Shown here one piece after another: positions 28,506-38,940 of a DNA stretch of 64,000 nt (position 1 is its first letter; each line of letters starts with the position of its first letter). The stretch lies in assembly GCA_965218705.1 (NCBI GenBank), contig OZ244652.1, forward strand, positions 192,327 through 256,326, in the 5' to 3' direction. The position numbers were made by a program, and so were the translations under genes. The notes under the pieces were generated by a model that did no database searches, was not told where the DNA came from, and saw only the letters and a list, made by a program, of their open reading frames with translations. This DNA is from Chthoniobacterales bacterium (GTDB lineage: Bacteria; Verrucomicrobiota; Verrucomicrobiia; Chthoniobacterales; UBA10450).

Positions 28506-31442
28506 TTACTCCATCGGTGGGCAGGTGCAGAAGAGGTTGCGATCGCCGTAGACGCTGTCGATGCGGGCGACGGCTGGCCAGAACTTTTGCTGGCGCGTCC
28601 AGCTGGCCGGCCAGGCGGCTTGCTCGCGGGTGTAGGGATGATCCCACGTGTCGGACGTGACTTGCTCGACGGTGTGCGGGGCGTTTTTGAGCAGATTATT
28701 TTTGCGGTCGGCGCCCTCCTGGCCGAGCGCGTCGATCTCGCCGCGGATCGCGATCATCGCTTCGCAAAAACGGTCGAGCTCTTCTTTAGCTTCGCTTTCG
28801 GTCGGCTCGATCATGACTGTGCCCGGAACGGGCCAGGAAACGGTCGGCGCGTGAAAGCCGTAATCCATCAGCCGCTTCGCTACATCTTCGACTTCGACGC
28901 CGGCGCTTTTGCAAGGTCGCAGGTCGAGAATGCATTCGTGCGCGACGAGGCCGTTCTTACCTTTGAACAAAACCGGGAAGTGCGGGTCGAGGCGCTGGGC
29001 GATGTAGTTGGCGTTCAAGATCGCGACCTTCGTCGCTTTTGTTAGGCCAGCCGCGCCCATCATGCGGATATACATCCAGGAGATGGTGAGGATGCTCGCG
29101 CTGCCGTAAGGCGCGGCGGAGACGGGTCCCGCCATCAGCTCGTCCTCGTCCCTCGTCCTCGGCGTCTTTTTAGAGAACGAGTAGGAGGCGTGGCTCGGGA
29201 GAAACCGCGCCAGGTGTTCCGAGACTCCGATCGGGCCCACGCCTGGACCCCCACCGCCGTGCGGGATGCAGAAAGTCTTGTGCAGATTCAGATGGCAAAC
29301 ATCGGCGCCGATATCGCCGGGGCGGCAAAGACCGACCTGCGCGTTCATATTTGCGCCGTCCATGTAGACCTGCCCGCCGTATTCATGCACGATCTCGCAA
29401 ATTTCGCGGATGGTGGTTTCGAAAACGCCGTGGGTTGAGGGATAAGTGACCATGAGCGCGGCCAGATCCTTGGCCTGTTCTTCGGCTTTGGTGCGCAGAT
29501 CGCCCAGGTCGATATCGCCATCTTCCAGGCAGCGCACCGGCACCACCCGGAAACCAGCCATGACCGCGCTGGCCGGGTTGGTTCCGTGGGCGGAAGTGGG
29601 AATGAGGCAGACGTTGCGATGCGCCTCGCCCCGCGCCGCGTGATAGCCGCGAATGGCCAGAAGCCCCGCGTATTCACCCTGGGAACCGGCGTTCGGCTGC
29701 AAGGAGACCGCTGCGAAACCGGTAATCTCGGCCAGCCAGCGTTCGAGCTGTTCGCACATCGCACGATAGCCGGCGAGTTGGTCGTTAGGCGCAAACGGAT
29801 GGAGGCGCGCAAATTCCGGCCAGGAAACCGGAAACATTTCCGCAGTCGCGTTCAGCTTCATGGTGCAGGAGCCGAGCGGGATCATGGAATGACAGAGGGA
29901 AAGGTCGCGCGACTCGAGGCGACGCAGGTAGCGCAGCATTTCGGTCTCGCTGTGATGCGTATTGAAAACCGGGTGGGTCAGGAAATCGGATTTACGATTG
30001 GCGATCTGCGACTTGCGACAAGCTGGCATCGAACCCGGGAGCAGTGCGCGGTTCTCGCTGAAGATGGCGCGCAGGTTCTCGATGTCTTCGTTGGTGGTGG
30101 CTTCGTCGAGGGAAATGGCGAGGCGATGCGGCCCAAGGACCCGCAGGTTGCAATTGCGCTGTAACGCGCGGCGCATGAATTCCGTGCTGCTCCTTTTGCC
30201 AAGCTCGACGTGGATGGTGTCGAAGAATTCCTCGTGCACGATTGTGTAACCGAGTTGCGCGAGACTCTCGGCCAGACAGCAGGTGCGATCGTGAATGCGG
30301 CGCGCGATGTTCCGCAAACCCTCCGGCCCATGATAAACGGCGTACATCGACGCCATGACCGCGAGCAGGACCTGGGCGGTGCAGATGTTACTGGTCGCTT
30401 TGTCGCGCCGGATGTGTTGTTCGCGCGTCTGCAGAGCGAGCCGATAAGCGGGGCGCCCGGCGGCGTCGTGTGAGACGCCCACCAGCCGGCCAGGCATGTG
30501 GCGTTTATACTGGTCGCGCGTCGCGAAATACGCGGCATGCGGCCCGCCGCAGCCTAACGGCACCCCGAACCGTTGTGTGGTTCCGACCGCCACGTCGGCG
30601 CCCATTTCGCCGGGCGGCCGAATCAGGGTGAGGGCGAGCAGGTCGGCCGCTACGATGGCCAGCGCGCCCGCGTCGTGGGCGGCCTGGATGAGCGGTGCGT
30701 AGTCGATGATGGCGCCGTCTGTGGTCGGATATTGCAGGAGAACGCCGAAGATCTTTTCGGTGAACTCGAACTTATCGTGTGCACCGATCGTGACCTTGAG
30801 GCCGAGCGGCTGCGCGCGCGTCTGCACGACCGCGATGGTTTGCGGGTGACAACTTTCCGAGACGAAAAACGTATCGCGTCCACCGCCGACCACTGCGTGG
30901 CAGAGTGCCATGGCTTCGGCTGCGGCCGTGGCCTCGTCGAGGAGCGAAGCGTTGGCGATGTCGAGCGCGGTCAGGTCGGTGACCATGGTTTGAAAATTGA
31001 GCAAAGCCTCCAGTCGACCCTGCGCAATCTCGGCCTGGTAAGGCGTATAAGCGGTGTACCAACCGGGATTCTCGAGGATATTGCGCTGGATGACAGGCGG
31101 CACCACGCAATCGGAATAACCGGCACCGATAAAGTTGTGCAGGACCTTATTCTGCTGGGCGAGGCCGCGCAGTTCGGCGAGCGCTTCCTGTTCGGATTTG
31201 CCCGCGGGAAGATCGAGTAAAGTCGTTAGGCGGATGTCTTTCGGCACACTCGCGGCGATCAGTTGATCGAGATCGGGGAAGCCGACTGTCTCCAGCATGG
31301 CCTCGATTTCCTCGTCGTTAGGCCCGATGTGACGGGCCACGAAACGGCTGAGCTCTTCGGTTTCCTGCGGAGGTGAAGCGGGCGATTTGGGGGCCCGGGC
31401 AGCGGTCTCTTTTTCCAGCACTTCAGTCTCGACTGAATCCAT
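28506..31442 (-). CDS. gcvP: Glycine dehydrogenase (decarboxylating), single-chain P protein
   Basis: 978 aa with full-length GcvP similarity, including the PLP-lysine region [16 protein letters not shown]. Confidence 0.96.
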   Translation of the reverse strand: MDSVETEVLEKETAARAPKSPASPPQETEELSRFVARHIGPNDEEIEAMLETVGFPDLDQLIAASVPKDIRLTTLLDLPAGKSEQEALAELRGLAQQNKVLHNFIGAGYSDCVVPPVIQRNILENPGWYTAYTPYQAEIAQGRLEALLNFQTMVTDLTALDIANASLLDEATAAAEAMALCHAVVGGGRDTFFVSESCHPQTIAVVQTRAQPLGLKVTIGAHDKFEFTEKIFGVLLQYPTTDGAIIDYAPLIQAAHDAGALAIVAADLLALTLIRPPGEMGADVAVGTTQRFGVPLGCGGPHAAYFATRDQYKRHMPGRLVGVSHDAAGRPAYRLALQTREQHIRRDKATSNICTAQVLLAVMASMYAVYHGPEGLRNIARRIHDRTCCLAESLAQLGYTIVHEEFFDTIHVELGKRSSTEFMRRALQRNCNLRVLGPHRLAISLDEATTNEDIENLRAIFSENRALLPGSMPACRKSQIANRKSDFLTHPVFNTHHSETEMLRYLRRLESRDLSLCHSMIPLGSCTMKLNATAEMFPVSWPEFARLHPFAPNDQLAGYRAMCEQLERWLAEITGFAAVSLQPNAGSQGEYAGLLAIRGYHAARGEAHRNVCLIPTSAHGTNPASAVMAGFRVVPVRCLEDGDIDLGDLRTKAEEQAKDLAALMVTYPSTHGVFETTIREICEIVHEYGGQVYMDGANMNAQVGLCRPGDIGADVCHLNLHKTFCIPHGGGGPGVGPIGVSEHLARFLPSHASYSFSKKTPRTRDEDELMAGPVSAAPYGSASILTISWMYIRMMGAAGLTKATKVAILNANYIAQRLDPHFPVLFKGKNGLVAHECILDLRPCKSAGVEVEDVAKRLMDYGFHAPTVSWPVPGTVMIEPTESEAKEELDRFCEAMIAIRGEIDALGQEGADRKNNLLKNAPHTVEQVTSDTWDHPYTREQAAWPASWTRQQKFWPAVARIDSVYGDRNLFCTCPPME

Positions 31443-31552
31443 GGCAAAACCCTACGAGGGAACGTTAGCGTTTCAAGGCAGGCGCTGGAGGGTCGAACAC
31501 CGTCTCGTCCCCCGATTCTGAAACTGGGATGGGACGACGCTCGCCCCTCCCA

Positions 31553-32782
31553 TCATCGGTTCATGGAAGTCTTGACCCCGTGTTCCTCCAGACGCGCGAG
31601 GAGCTCGTCGAGATGCGAGCGGTCACGGGTTTCAACCGTGCAAAGAACGTTGACGGCCGAGACGTCGGAGCTGGCAAAAGCCCGATCGTGCACGACCTGT
31701 TTGACGCTGGCTCCGATGGCTGCGATCTGGGAAGTGAGATCGGCCAGCCCGCCGGGACGATCGCTGATCGTGGCGGTGAAACGGGAGAGCCGGCCATCGG
31801 CCACCAGCCCTCGTTCAATGACGCGGCTGAGGACGTTGGGATCGATGTTGCCGCCACAGAGCAAGAGTACGACGCGCTTCCCGGCCAGCTCGGGCAATTG
31901 ACCGGAAAGACAGGCGGCCAACGGAGTCGCGGCGGCCCCTTCCACGACGCCTTTCTCCAACTCGACCAGGCGCAGGATGGCGAGCGCGATTTGTTCTTCG
32001 TTCACGATCACGACTCTGTCGGTGCACTCGCGCGCGACGGCGAAGGCGTTGCCGCCCACTTGGGCAATGGCGAGGCCATCCGCCAGCGTCGGCCGCATCT
32101 CGGCGCGCACGGGTTTGCCGGCTGCCAGCGCGGCCGAGTAGCTGGCCACATGATCGCCTTCCACCGCGATGACTTTGACCTCAGGCCGGAGTGTTTTGAC
32201 CGCCAACGAAACACCGGCGAGCAAACCTCCACCGCCGACGGGGACCACGACCGCATCGAGGTCGGGAACCTGCGCCACGATCTCGAGCCCAGCCGTTCCC
32301 TGGCCGGCGATGATAGCGGGATCGTCGTAGCCATCGATGTAGGCGTAACCTTTTTCCGCTCCGATCTCATGAGCGCGTGCTTTGGCGGCGGCAAAATCGT
32401 TCCCTTCGAGCACGACGGTGGCGCCGAGTTTCTGGCAATTGTTGATTTTAATGAGAGGCGCGAACTTTGGCATCACCACCGTGGCCGGTACGCCTAACAA
32501 TCGTCCCTGGTAAGCGAGCGCCTGAGCGTGATTGCCGGCGGAGGCCGCGATGACGCCTTTCTTTTTTTGCTCGTCGGAAAGCTGCGAGAGAGCGTTGCGC
32601 GCGCCGCGTTCCTTGAAGCTGCCGGTGCGCTGCAGGTTGTCGAGCTTACAGAAAATATCCATCCCCGTCAGCTCGCTGAGCGGGATGGACTGCGGGCAAG
32701 GCGACTCGTAGACCGCGCCTTTGATGCGGCCGGCGGCGGCTTCGATGTCTTGGAAAGTAACGGGAAGATTGGACGTTTTAAT
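31553..32782 (-). CDS. ilvA: Threonine ammonia-lyase (PLP-dependent, one C-terminal ACT-like domain); start unresolved
   Basis: LQRTGSFKERGA PLP motif and a GGGGL loop. Conserved N-terminal residues (VTFQDIEAAAGRIKGAVYESP...) are encoded upstream of the first Met (32662). No ATG, GTG or TTG lies in frame below the stop at 32795-32797, leaving ATT at 32782 as the only candidate. Confidence 0.8.
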   Translation of the reverse strand: MKTSNLPVTFQDIEAAAGRIKGAVYESPCPQSIPLSELTGMDIFCKLDNLQRTGSFKERGARNALSQLSDEQKKKGVIAASAGNHAQALAYQGRLLGVPATVVMPKFAPLIKINNCQKLGATVVLEGNDFAAAKARAHEIGAEKGYAYIDGYDDPAIIAGQGTAGLEIVAQVPDLDAVVVPVGGGGLLAGVSLAVKTLRPEVKVIAVEGDHVASYSAALAAGKPVRAEMRPTLADGLAIAQVGGNAFAVARECTDRVVIVNEEQIALAILRLVELEKGVVEGAAATPLAACLSGQLPELAGKRVVLLLCGGNIDPNVLSRVIERGLVADGRLSRFTATISDRPGGLADLTSQIAAIGASVKQVVHDRAFASSDVSAVNVLCTVETRDRSHLDELLARLEEHGVKTSMNR

Positions 32783-32917
32783 GGCAGCTGCAGCCTAACG
32801 TCATTCCGTGGTGGCGGGCAAGCTCCGAAAGGGTTCGCGAACAAGCACGCACATGTCGCCAGGGCGGCGTGAGGTCGAGAGTGCGCATCACCTTTCCGTG
32901 TGCGCCACGGTGTTGAT

Positions 32918-33005
32918 CTGGAGGGACGGGCGCTGTCCCGTCCCCGTTTTTCTGGCAGGGCATTTCCTCGCAGCCAGTTGGACGGGACTGCGCCCGTCCC
33001 TCCAA
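32918..33005. repeat. REP element (paired GGACGGG..CCCGTCC hairpins)
   Basis: ctggagggacgggcgctgtcccgtcc (32918-32943) faces ggacgggactgcgcccgtccctccaa (32980-33005). Same family as 1133-1200. Confidence 0.7.
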
Positions 33006-33040
33006 CGTGCCTGCGCGTGAAGCTCCGACCAGCTGAGCGC

Positions 33041-34717
33041 CTAACCGGCCCGTTTTTCGTCCAGTACCATCCGCACTTTGCTGGCCAGGGTGACGGCGTC
33101 GAAGGGCTTGGCCAGGAAATGCATGTCGGGCTCGCCGCGATCGTGCGGTAGGAGCGACTCAGCCAGATAGCCCGAGATGAAGATGACTTTCGTTTGCGGG
33201 CTCGTCTGGTGCAGCCAATCGGCAAAATGGCGTCCGCTGATTTCCGGCATGACCATATCGGCCAGGAGGAGATCGACGTTCGGCGCGCCGCGACTCGCCA
33301 GGAATCGTTTAGCATCTTCGCCATGGGCAGCTTCCAGGACTTCATAGCCGAGTTCGCGCAGGATGCGCACGGCCAGATGGCGCACGCTCGTTTCGTCTTC
33401 CAGCACGAGAATCGTTTCGGTCCCGACGAGACTTTTGTGAGCGGGGCTTCTCTTGTAACGCGCCGTGGGAGGCGCCGGGACGCGGGGCAGGAAAATGCGA
33501 AAAGTCGTGCCTTGGCCCTGGACGCTCTCGACCAGAATATCGCCCCCGCTCTGCCTCACGATGCCGTAACTGGTCGCCAGCCCGAGCCCGCTGTTATGGG
33601 CTTCTTTCGTCGTGAAGAAAGGCTCGAAAAGATGGGTTTTGACCTCGTCGGTCATGCCGGGCCCGTCATCGCTCACCGCGATGACGACGTACGCGCCGGC
33701 AGGGAGCGTGCTGCTGGCGGCCGTTGCAGTCCCGGCATTCGCTTCGAGGACCACCGTCGAGAGACCAATCGTGAGGCGACCCCCATCGGACATGGCATCC
33801 CGGGCATTCACGGCCAGATTAAGCAGAATCTGAGTGAGCTGGCCGGCGTCGACTTTCAGGTGCGCCGCTTCCTTGGGCGAGTGAAGCTTGCATTCGATCG
33901 AAATATGATCGCCGAGGAGGCGAAGGAGCGACCTTTCCAGGTTGGCGATAAAACCGTTGACCTCGAAGACGGTCGGCTCGAGTGCCTGGCGTCGGCTAAA
34001 CGCGAGGAGCTGATTAGTGAGAGAAGAGGCACGGGTGGCGGCGGCCCGAATCTCTTTGATATGCCCCGAAACCCGCCCCTTGACGCTGCCATCGGACAAA
34101 AGGAGATCGCTATAACCCAGGATGGTCGTGAGGAAGTTGTTGAAATCATGCGCGACTCCGCCAGCGAGCTGGCCAAAGGCTTCCATGCGCTGCGAGCGAC
34201 AAGCTTGCGCCTGCAGTTGCTTGCGGCGACTCACGTCCATCATCGGCCCCGCCAGCCGGACGGCGACGCCTGCGTGGTCGCGCAAGATGACGGCGCGATC
34301 GAGAATATGGCGGTATTCACCATCCGCGTGTTGAAAAAGGTATTCGCCTTCCCAGCGGTCGACGGTGCTGCCGAAGGCCTGGCGCAAACTTTCCTGAATG
34401 CGTGGTCGATCGTCGGGATGGAGGCGGCGCAGCCAGAAACCGAGGTCGCGGCATTCATCGGGATTCGTAAAGCCCAGCAAGCTTTCCAAGCCCCGAGGCC
34501 AGGTGAGCGTGCCGTTGGCTACATCCCAATCCCGAATCGCATCGTGCGTAGCCTGGGCAACGACTTCCAGATAATCAGCATTCGTTGCTGGAACGATTTC
34601 GAGTAAAGAGCGAGCCTTCTTTTCAGCGCCGGTTTCATCAGCTTTTTCGTGCAAAGGAGAGTTCGAATGATCAGTTGCGGTTGGCATTGCGGACACGGCC
34701 GCGGCCGCGTCTCCCAA
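33041..34717 (-). CDS. Hybrid sensor histidine kinase (PAS, HisKA, HATPase_c, C-terminal receiver)
   Basis: H-box GGVAHDFNNFL, an N/G-box region, and a C-terminal ILVLEDE...LLLADMVMPEISG...FISGY receiver. Confidence 0.9.
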   Translation of the reverse strand: MGDAAAAVSAMPTATDHSNSPLHEKADETGAEKKARSLLEIVPATNADYLEVVAQATHDAIRDWDVANGTLTWPRGLESLLGFTNPDECRDLGFWLRRLHPDDRPRIQESLRQAFGSTVDRWEGEYLFQHADGEYRHILDRAVILRDHAGVAVRLAGPMMDVSRRKQLQAQACRSQRMEAFGQLAGGVAHDFNNFLTTILGYSDLLLSDGSVKGRVSGHIKEIRAAATRASSLTNQLLAFSRRQALEPTVFEVNGFIANLERSLLRLLGDHISIECKLHSPKEAAHLKVDAGQLTQILLNLAVNARDAMSDGGRLTIGLSTVVLEANAGTATAASSTLPAGAYVVIAVSDDGPGMTDEVKTHLFEPFFTTKEAHNSGLGLATSYGIVRQSGGDILVESVQGQGTTFRIFLPRVPAPPTARYKRSPAHKSLVGTETILVLEDETSVRHLAVRILRELGYEVLEAAHGEDAKRFLASRGAPNVDLLLADMVMPEISGRHFADWLHQTSPQTKVIFISGYLAESLLPHDRGEPDMHFLAKPFDAVTLASKVRMVLDEKRAG

Positions 34718-34809
34718 AAAGCTAGTTCTGTGCCCGGTTTGTCATTCCGTTGCAGGGATTTCCCTTGCCTTTCGATGAGACCGAAATATGGCGGCATTCA
34801 AAGCCATGA

Positions 34810-34974
<165 letters not shown>

Positions 34975-35014
34975 CGGTTGCCGGAGGCGCCGCCGCCGGT
35001 TACATCATCCAGCA

Positions 35015-36022
35015 ATGACCGTGACGGTGCGAGAACTGGCGGAATTGTGCTCCGGCGAACTGCAGGGCGACGCTAGCCTAACGATTTCTGGCGCCGCTTC
35101 CCTGGCGGAGGCGACCGCCGACGAAATCACCTTTTACGGCGATCCGCGCTATCTCGCTGCCTTTCGTAAAAGCCGCGCCGCGGCCGCTTTTGTCCCGCAG
35201 GATTTCCAGGAGCAGATTGTTTCGGTCCAGATTCGGGTAGCCCATCCCTCCAAGGCGTTCGAGCAGGTTGTCTTAAAATTTGCGCCCCCGCCCCTTAAAT
35301 ATCCATCCGGTGTGCATCCGACGGCGGTCATTGCGCCCGAGGCTTCGTTAGGCGAGAACGTCTCCGTAGGTGCCTACGCCGTCGTGGAGCCCGGCGCGCA
35401 GATCGGAGCTGGGACTCGACTCGGTCCGCATAGTTACGTGGGGCACGAAGCGGTCCTGGGCGCTGCTTGTCTCATCTATCCGCAGGTCACGGTGCGCGAG
35501 AGGTGTCGCCTCGGGGATCGGGTCATCGTGCATAGCGGCACCGTTATCGGGTCGGATGGTTTCGGTTTTGAAATGGCGACAGGCGGACACAGAAAAGTGC
35601 CGCAGATCGGTATCGTGCAGATCGATCACGATGTCGAGATTGGCGCCAACACCACGATCGATCGCGCCCGCTTCGGCCGCACTTGGATCCAGGAAGGAGT
35701 GAAGATAGATAACCTGGTCCAGATCGCGCATAACGTCGTCATCGGGAAGCATTCGATCATCGTCGCGCAGGTCGGGATCGCTGGCAGCGTGCGGATCGGC
35801 GCCGGCGTCGTCATCGGCGGTCAGGCGGGGATCATCGGCCATATCGAGATTGACGATGGCACGATGATCGGCGCCCAGACCGGCGTCTCGAAAAGTCTGC
35901 GAGGCGGGACATGGTGGGCCACGCCGAGCGTGCCTCTCAAGGAAGCCATGGAACACCTCGCCTGGGTTCGGCGGCTCGGAAAGCTTTACGCGCGGGTCAA
36001 GGCCTTAGAGAACAAGCTGTGA
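35015..36022 (+). CDS. lpxD: UDP-3-O-acylglucosamine N-acyltransferase
   Basis: 335 aa with the LpxD N-terminal domain and left-handed beta-helix hexapeptide repeats. Confidence 0.92.
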   Translation: MTVTVRELAELCSGELQGDASLTISGAASLAEATADEITFYGDPRYLAAFRKSRAAAAFVPQDFQEQIVSVQIRVAHPSKAFEQVVLKFAPPPLKYPSGVHPTAVIAPEASLGENVSVGAYAVVEPGAQIGAGTRLGPHSYVGHEAVLGAACLIYPQVTVRERCRLGDRVIVHSGTVIGSDGFGFEMATGGHRKVPQIGIVQIDHDVEIGANTTIDRARFGRTWIQEGVKIDNLVQIAHNVVIGKHSIIVAQVGIAGSVRIGAGVVIGGQAGIIGHIEIDDGTMIGAQTGVSKSLRGGTWWATPSVPLKEAMEHLAWVRRLGKLYARVKALENKL

Positions 36023-36094
36023 CTGTAGGTAGACCCTTTCCTCTGGGAAGCGCGGGCGTGCGTGTCTCTTGAAATAGCGGCGCCCAAAAAGCCC

Positions 36095-36625
36095 CTACGG
36101 AACGAGAAAAATTTTCCCGCTGTAGGGGTCCTTCACCTTTTGCCCCGGGTTATAACCCGTCACGTCCACATAGCCACCGCTCTGGTCGTAGGGGCTGAAA
36201 ACGTAGCCCGGTTTTCCCGGGACAGGTTTCGCGTAAGGCAACTCTGAAGGGGCGGAAGCGGTCGAGCGGGTCGGCGGCGTTTCCTCCTCTTTGGCCACGG
36301 CCTCGCGCTGGGTCACGCGCGGCGGCGGGGTCGGCTCCGCTTCAGTGGGCGCCTGCTCTCGGGTGGTGACGACGCGACGTTCCGTGCGGGCGGGTGGCTG
36401 TTGCTGCACCGGGTAGGGTTGTTGGGGAGCATTCGGATCCGCGTAGACATTGGTTTGTGTCGTGGTGGTCGTAGTGGTGTCGGACTCATCCACTCCCAGC
36501 GCCCGTCGGACAAGTTGATGCGGGGCGTCGACGACGCGGAAGGTAGTGACTGCCGCGTCATGCATCGTCCGGCAGGAGGGCAGCACAAAGAGCGCGATGA
36601 GCAGTGGAAGAAGAGGCCGTTTCAT
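36095..36625 (-). CDS. Hypothetical proline-rich lipoprotein
   Basis: The Met at 36625 gives MKRPLLPLLIALFVLPSC (lipobox). The C-terminus contains GYVFSPYDQSGGYVDVTGY. Confidence 0.55.
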   Translation of the reverse strand: MKRPLLPLLIALFVLPSCRTMHDAAVTTFRVVDAPHQLVRRALGVDESDTTTTTTTQTNVYADPNAPQQPYPVQQQPPARTERRVVTTREQAPTEAEPTPPPRVTQREAVAKEEETPPTRSTASAPSELPYAKPVPGKPGYVFSPYDQSGGYVDVTGYNPGQKVKDPYSGKIFLVP

Positions 36626-36680
36626 AATGTGACGTTTATTAAAAATTCGAGCGATCTGGCGTAGGCGGGTGGGTAAAACT

Positions 36681-38039
36681 TCATCTTCCCGAGGGAGCTG
36701 GGTAAACTGCCGGGCTGCGATTTCCATCCTTATCGATCGCCGCCAAGCCAAAGATGTAGTTATCCTTGGAGACTTTGGGGACGGTAAAACGCGTCGCTTT
36801 GCCTGCAGACATGCCCTCCTGCCAGAGCGGGGCCGTCGTCTCCCGCCAGAGCACTTCATAGCCGGCGATGTCGGGCTCCTTGTTTGCCTGCCAGGTGAGC
36901 GTGGTGTCGTTAGTCAGTTCTTTGGTTTCAAGCTCGACTCCGTCCGGCGCGGCTGGGGCCAGGGCGAGGCTGCCTAACGCGGCCGCATTGATGCGCGCAA
37001 CCTGCGCGACGTATTTGAAATCGACAAACTCAGGCAAATCGCCGTACTGCACGTCGCCCTCCTTGCGCACGTCCTGGTGTTGGTGCCGGTAATCCTCGTT
37101 AGGTTCGGTCATCCGCACGGCCGGGTAACCCGCTTCCAGAAAGGGCGAGTGATCGCCTCCGCGCAGGTAACGATCCTTGCGATAGATGATGGTAACGGTC
37201 ATACCCGGCACATAAAGTTCGCCGGTTGTCTTGATGGTACGGGCCAGCTCCCGGGCGCGAGAATCGTTCTCGCCTCCGGTTTTGATTTGGCGTAGGAGCG
37301 GTTCGGGCATTTGCAGCCAGGGCGGCACGCCTTCCGCAAAGAGACGGACGTGCTTGTCGTCCACGTGGCCATCGTCTGCATGGGAGCTGCCGATGATGTC
37401 GTTGGTGATCATGCCGGCGATGTTCCATTTTTTCTGCTTCGCCGAGCGCGCCCACTGGCTGGAGCCGTAGAGGCCTTGTTCTTCACCGGCCACGGCCATG
37501 AAGACGAGGGTGGCGTCCCACTTCTGCCTGGACATGACGCGCGCTAGTTCGAGGACGGCGGCCACTCCGGAAGCATCGTCGTTCGCCCCGGGCGCGTCGG
37601 CCTGGGCATTCAGCGGATCGGTTACCCGCGAGTCGTAGTGTCCGCTCACGACGTAGATGCGGTCGCGCGATTCCGGCTGCTCGCCGGGTAGCGTGGCGAC
37701 CACGTTGACCACTTCGGTCAGGTTCGGGTTGCGCTCGTCCGGCGGCTGGTTGAACGCTTCCAAGGCTACTTTCAGGCGGCCGTCCGAATCTTTGCTGTAG
37801 CGGTCAAATTCCGCTTTTAGCCAGCGCCGCGCGGCGCCGATTCCGCGCGTTTCGCTCTTCGTCTGGGAGAGAGTGTGCCGGGTGCCGAAGCCGACCAGTC
37901 TGCGAATGTTGGTCTCAATATTTTCCGCCGAGATTTCCTTTACCACGTTAGCGATCTGCGGATTCGGGGAGGGGCTGGGCAAAGGCGCGGCAGCCGCGGC
38001 GCTGGCGAAGAGAAGGAGGAGTATGGAACGGCCAATCAT
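36681..38039 (-). CDS. M28-family aminopeptidase with a C-terminal FN3-like domain
   Basis: Signal peptide, GANDDASGVAAVLELAR and AGEEQGLYGS metal-ligand motifs. Confidence 0.87.
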   Translation of the reverse strand: MIGRSILLLLFASAAAAAPLPSPSPNPQIANVVKEISAENIETNIRRLVGFGTRHTLSQTKSETRGIGAARRWLKAEFDRYSKDSDGRLKVALEAFNQPPDERNPNLTEVVNVVATLPGEQPESRDRIYVVSGHYDSRVTDPLNAQADAPGANDDASGVAAVLELARVMSRQKWDATLVFMAVAGEEQGLYGSSQWARSAKQKKWNIAGMITNDIIGSSHADDGHVDDKHVRLFAEGVPPWLQMPEPLLRQIKTGGENDSRARELARTIKTTGELYVPGMTVTIIYRKDRYLRGGDHSPFLEAGYPAVRMTEPNEDYRHQHQDVRKEGDVQYGDLPEFVDFKYVAQVARINAAALGSLALAPAAPDGVELETKELTNDTTLTWQANKEPDIAGYEVLWRETTAPLWQEGMSAGKATRFTVPKVSKDNYIFGLAAIDKDGNRSPAVYPAPSGR

Positions 38040-38079
38040 TCAGATAAGGCTAGGCCGGGTTTCGGCGCGCGCCAGTCTT

Positions 38080-38156
38080 ACTCCTGCTCATGATTACCCT
38101 CGTCATCGTCCTTTTGAGCGTCGATTAAGAGCACGAGTACAAGCAGGAGCAGGAGT
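38080..38156. repeat. Hexamer-periodic palindromic REP element
   Basis: actcctgctc (38080-38089) pairs with gagcaggagt (38147-38156). The interior is CTCGTC/GAGCAC-like and the end motif gagcaggagcaggagtcga is shared with 16655-16677. Confidence 0.65.
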
Positions 38157-38159
38157 CGA

Positions 38160-38849
38160 TTAGCCCTGCTGGGTGACCCACTGAGTGGCGTATCGGACGA
38201 CCTCGCGAGCGCTCGGGACGCCCAGCTTTTCCTTAATATTGGCCCGGTGGGCTTCGACGGTTTTCTTGCTCAAGTGCAGTCCGCGCGCGATCTCGTGCAT
38301 GTCCTGGCCTTCTCCGATTAACTGGAAGACTTCCAGCTCGCGATCGGTCAGACGGTCGACTGCGGAACGCGCTTCCCCGCTGCCATTGATGTGATCGAAG
38401 AGCATCCGCTTCGTCATGGTAGGGCTGATATACATCTCTCCGTTGATGACGCTGCGAACGGCCTGGAGGATCGATTCAAGCGCTTCACGTTTCATGACGT
38501 AGCCGCGGGCCCCCGCCCGCAGCGCCCGCTCGGCATAGAGCGCCTCGTCGTGCATCGAAACGACGAGGACCGGCAGCTCCGGGCATTCGGCTTTGATCGC
38601 CTTCGTCAGTTCGATCCCATTCGCGCCACTGCCCAATCCGATGTCCACCACGGCCAGATCGAAGCTCTGCGATCGAATGGCATCGAGCGCGCTTCCGCCA
38701 TTATCGGCCTCCGCCCGTATCTGGAGATCACTCTGCGAATCGAGCAGCTCCGTCATCCCTTTGCGGAAAAGCGGGTGGTCATCCACGAGCAAAATTGTGC
38801 GGCGCCGCAATTTGGTGCCTGTTGCCGTAGCCGTCTCCGATTTTGACAT
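38160..38849 (-). CDS. NarL/LuxR-family response regulator
   Basis: REC domain (ILLVDDHPLFRKG) plus a C-terminal LuxR HTH (LTDRELEVFQLIGEG). Confidence 0.93.
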   Translation of the reverse strand: MSKSETATATGTKLRRRTILLVDDHPLFRKGMTELLDSQSDLQIRAEADNGGSALDAIRSQSFDLAVVDIGLGSGANGIELTKAIKAECPELPVLVVSMHDEALYAERALRAGARGYVMKREALESILQAVRSVINGEMYISPTMTKRMLFDHINGSGEARSAVDRLTDRELEVFQLIGEGQDMHEIARGLHLSKKTVEAHRANIKEKLGVPSAREVVRYATQWVTQQG

Positions 38850-38940
38850 ATCCTAAACTGGTGGCGACCCGCGGCTCTCGCGAGGTAAGACCAGCCCAGT
38901 TATATCGCGTCCCCCCGACCGAAAAGATGCCTCCTATTTT

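Noticed and set aside
31443-31552. Glycine riboswitch upstream of gcvP
   Set aside because: I could not find the conserved glycine-aptamer core strings in the 110-nt leader. Only a weak hairpin is present. A covariance-model search (Rfam RF00504) would settle it.
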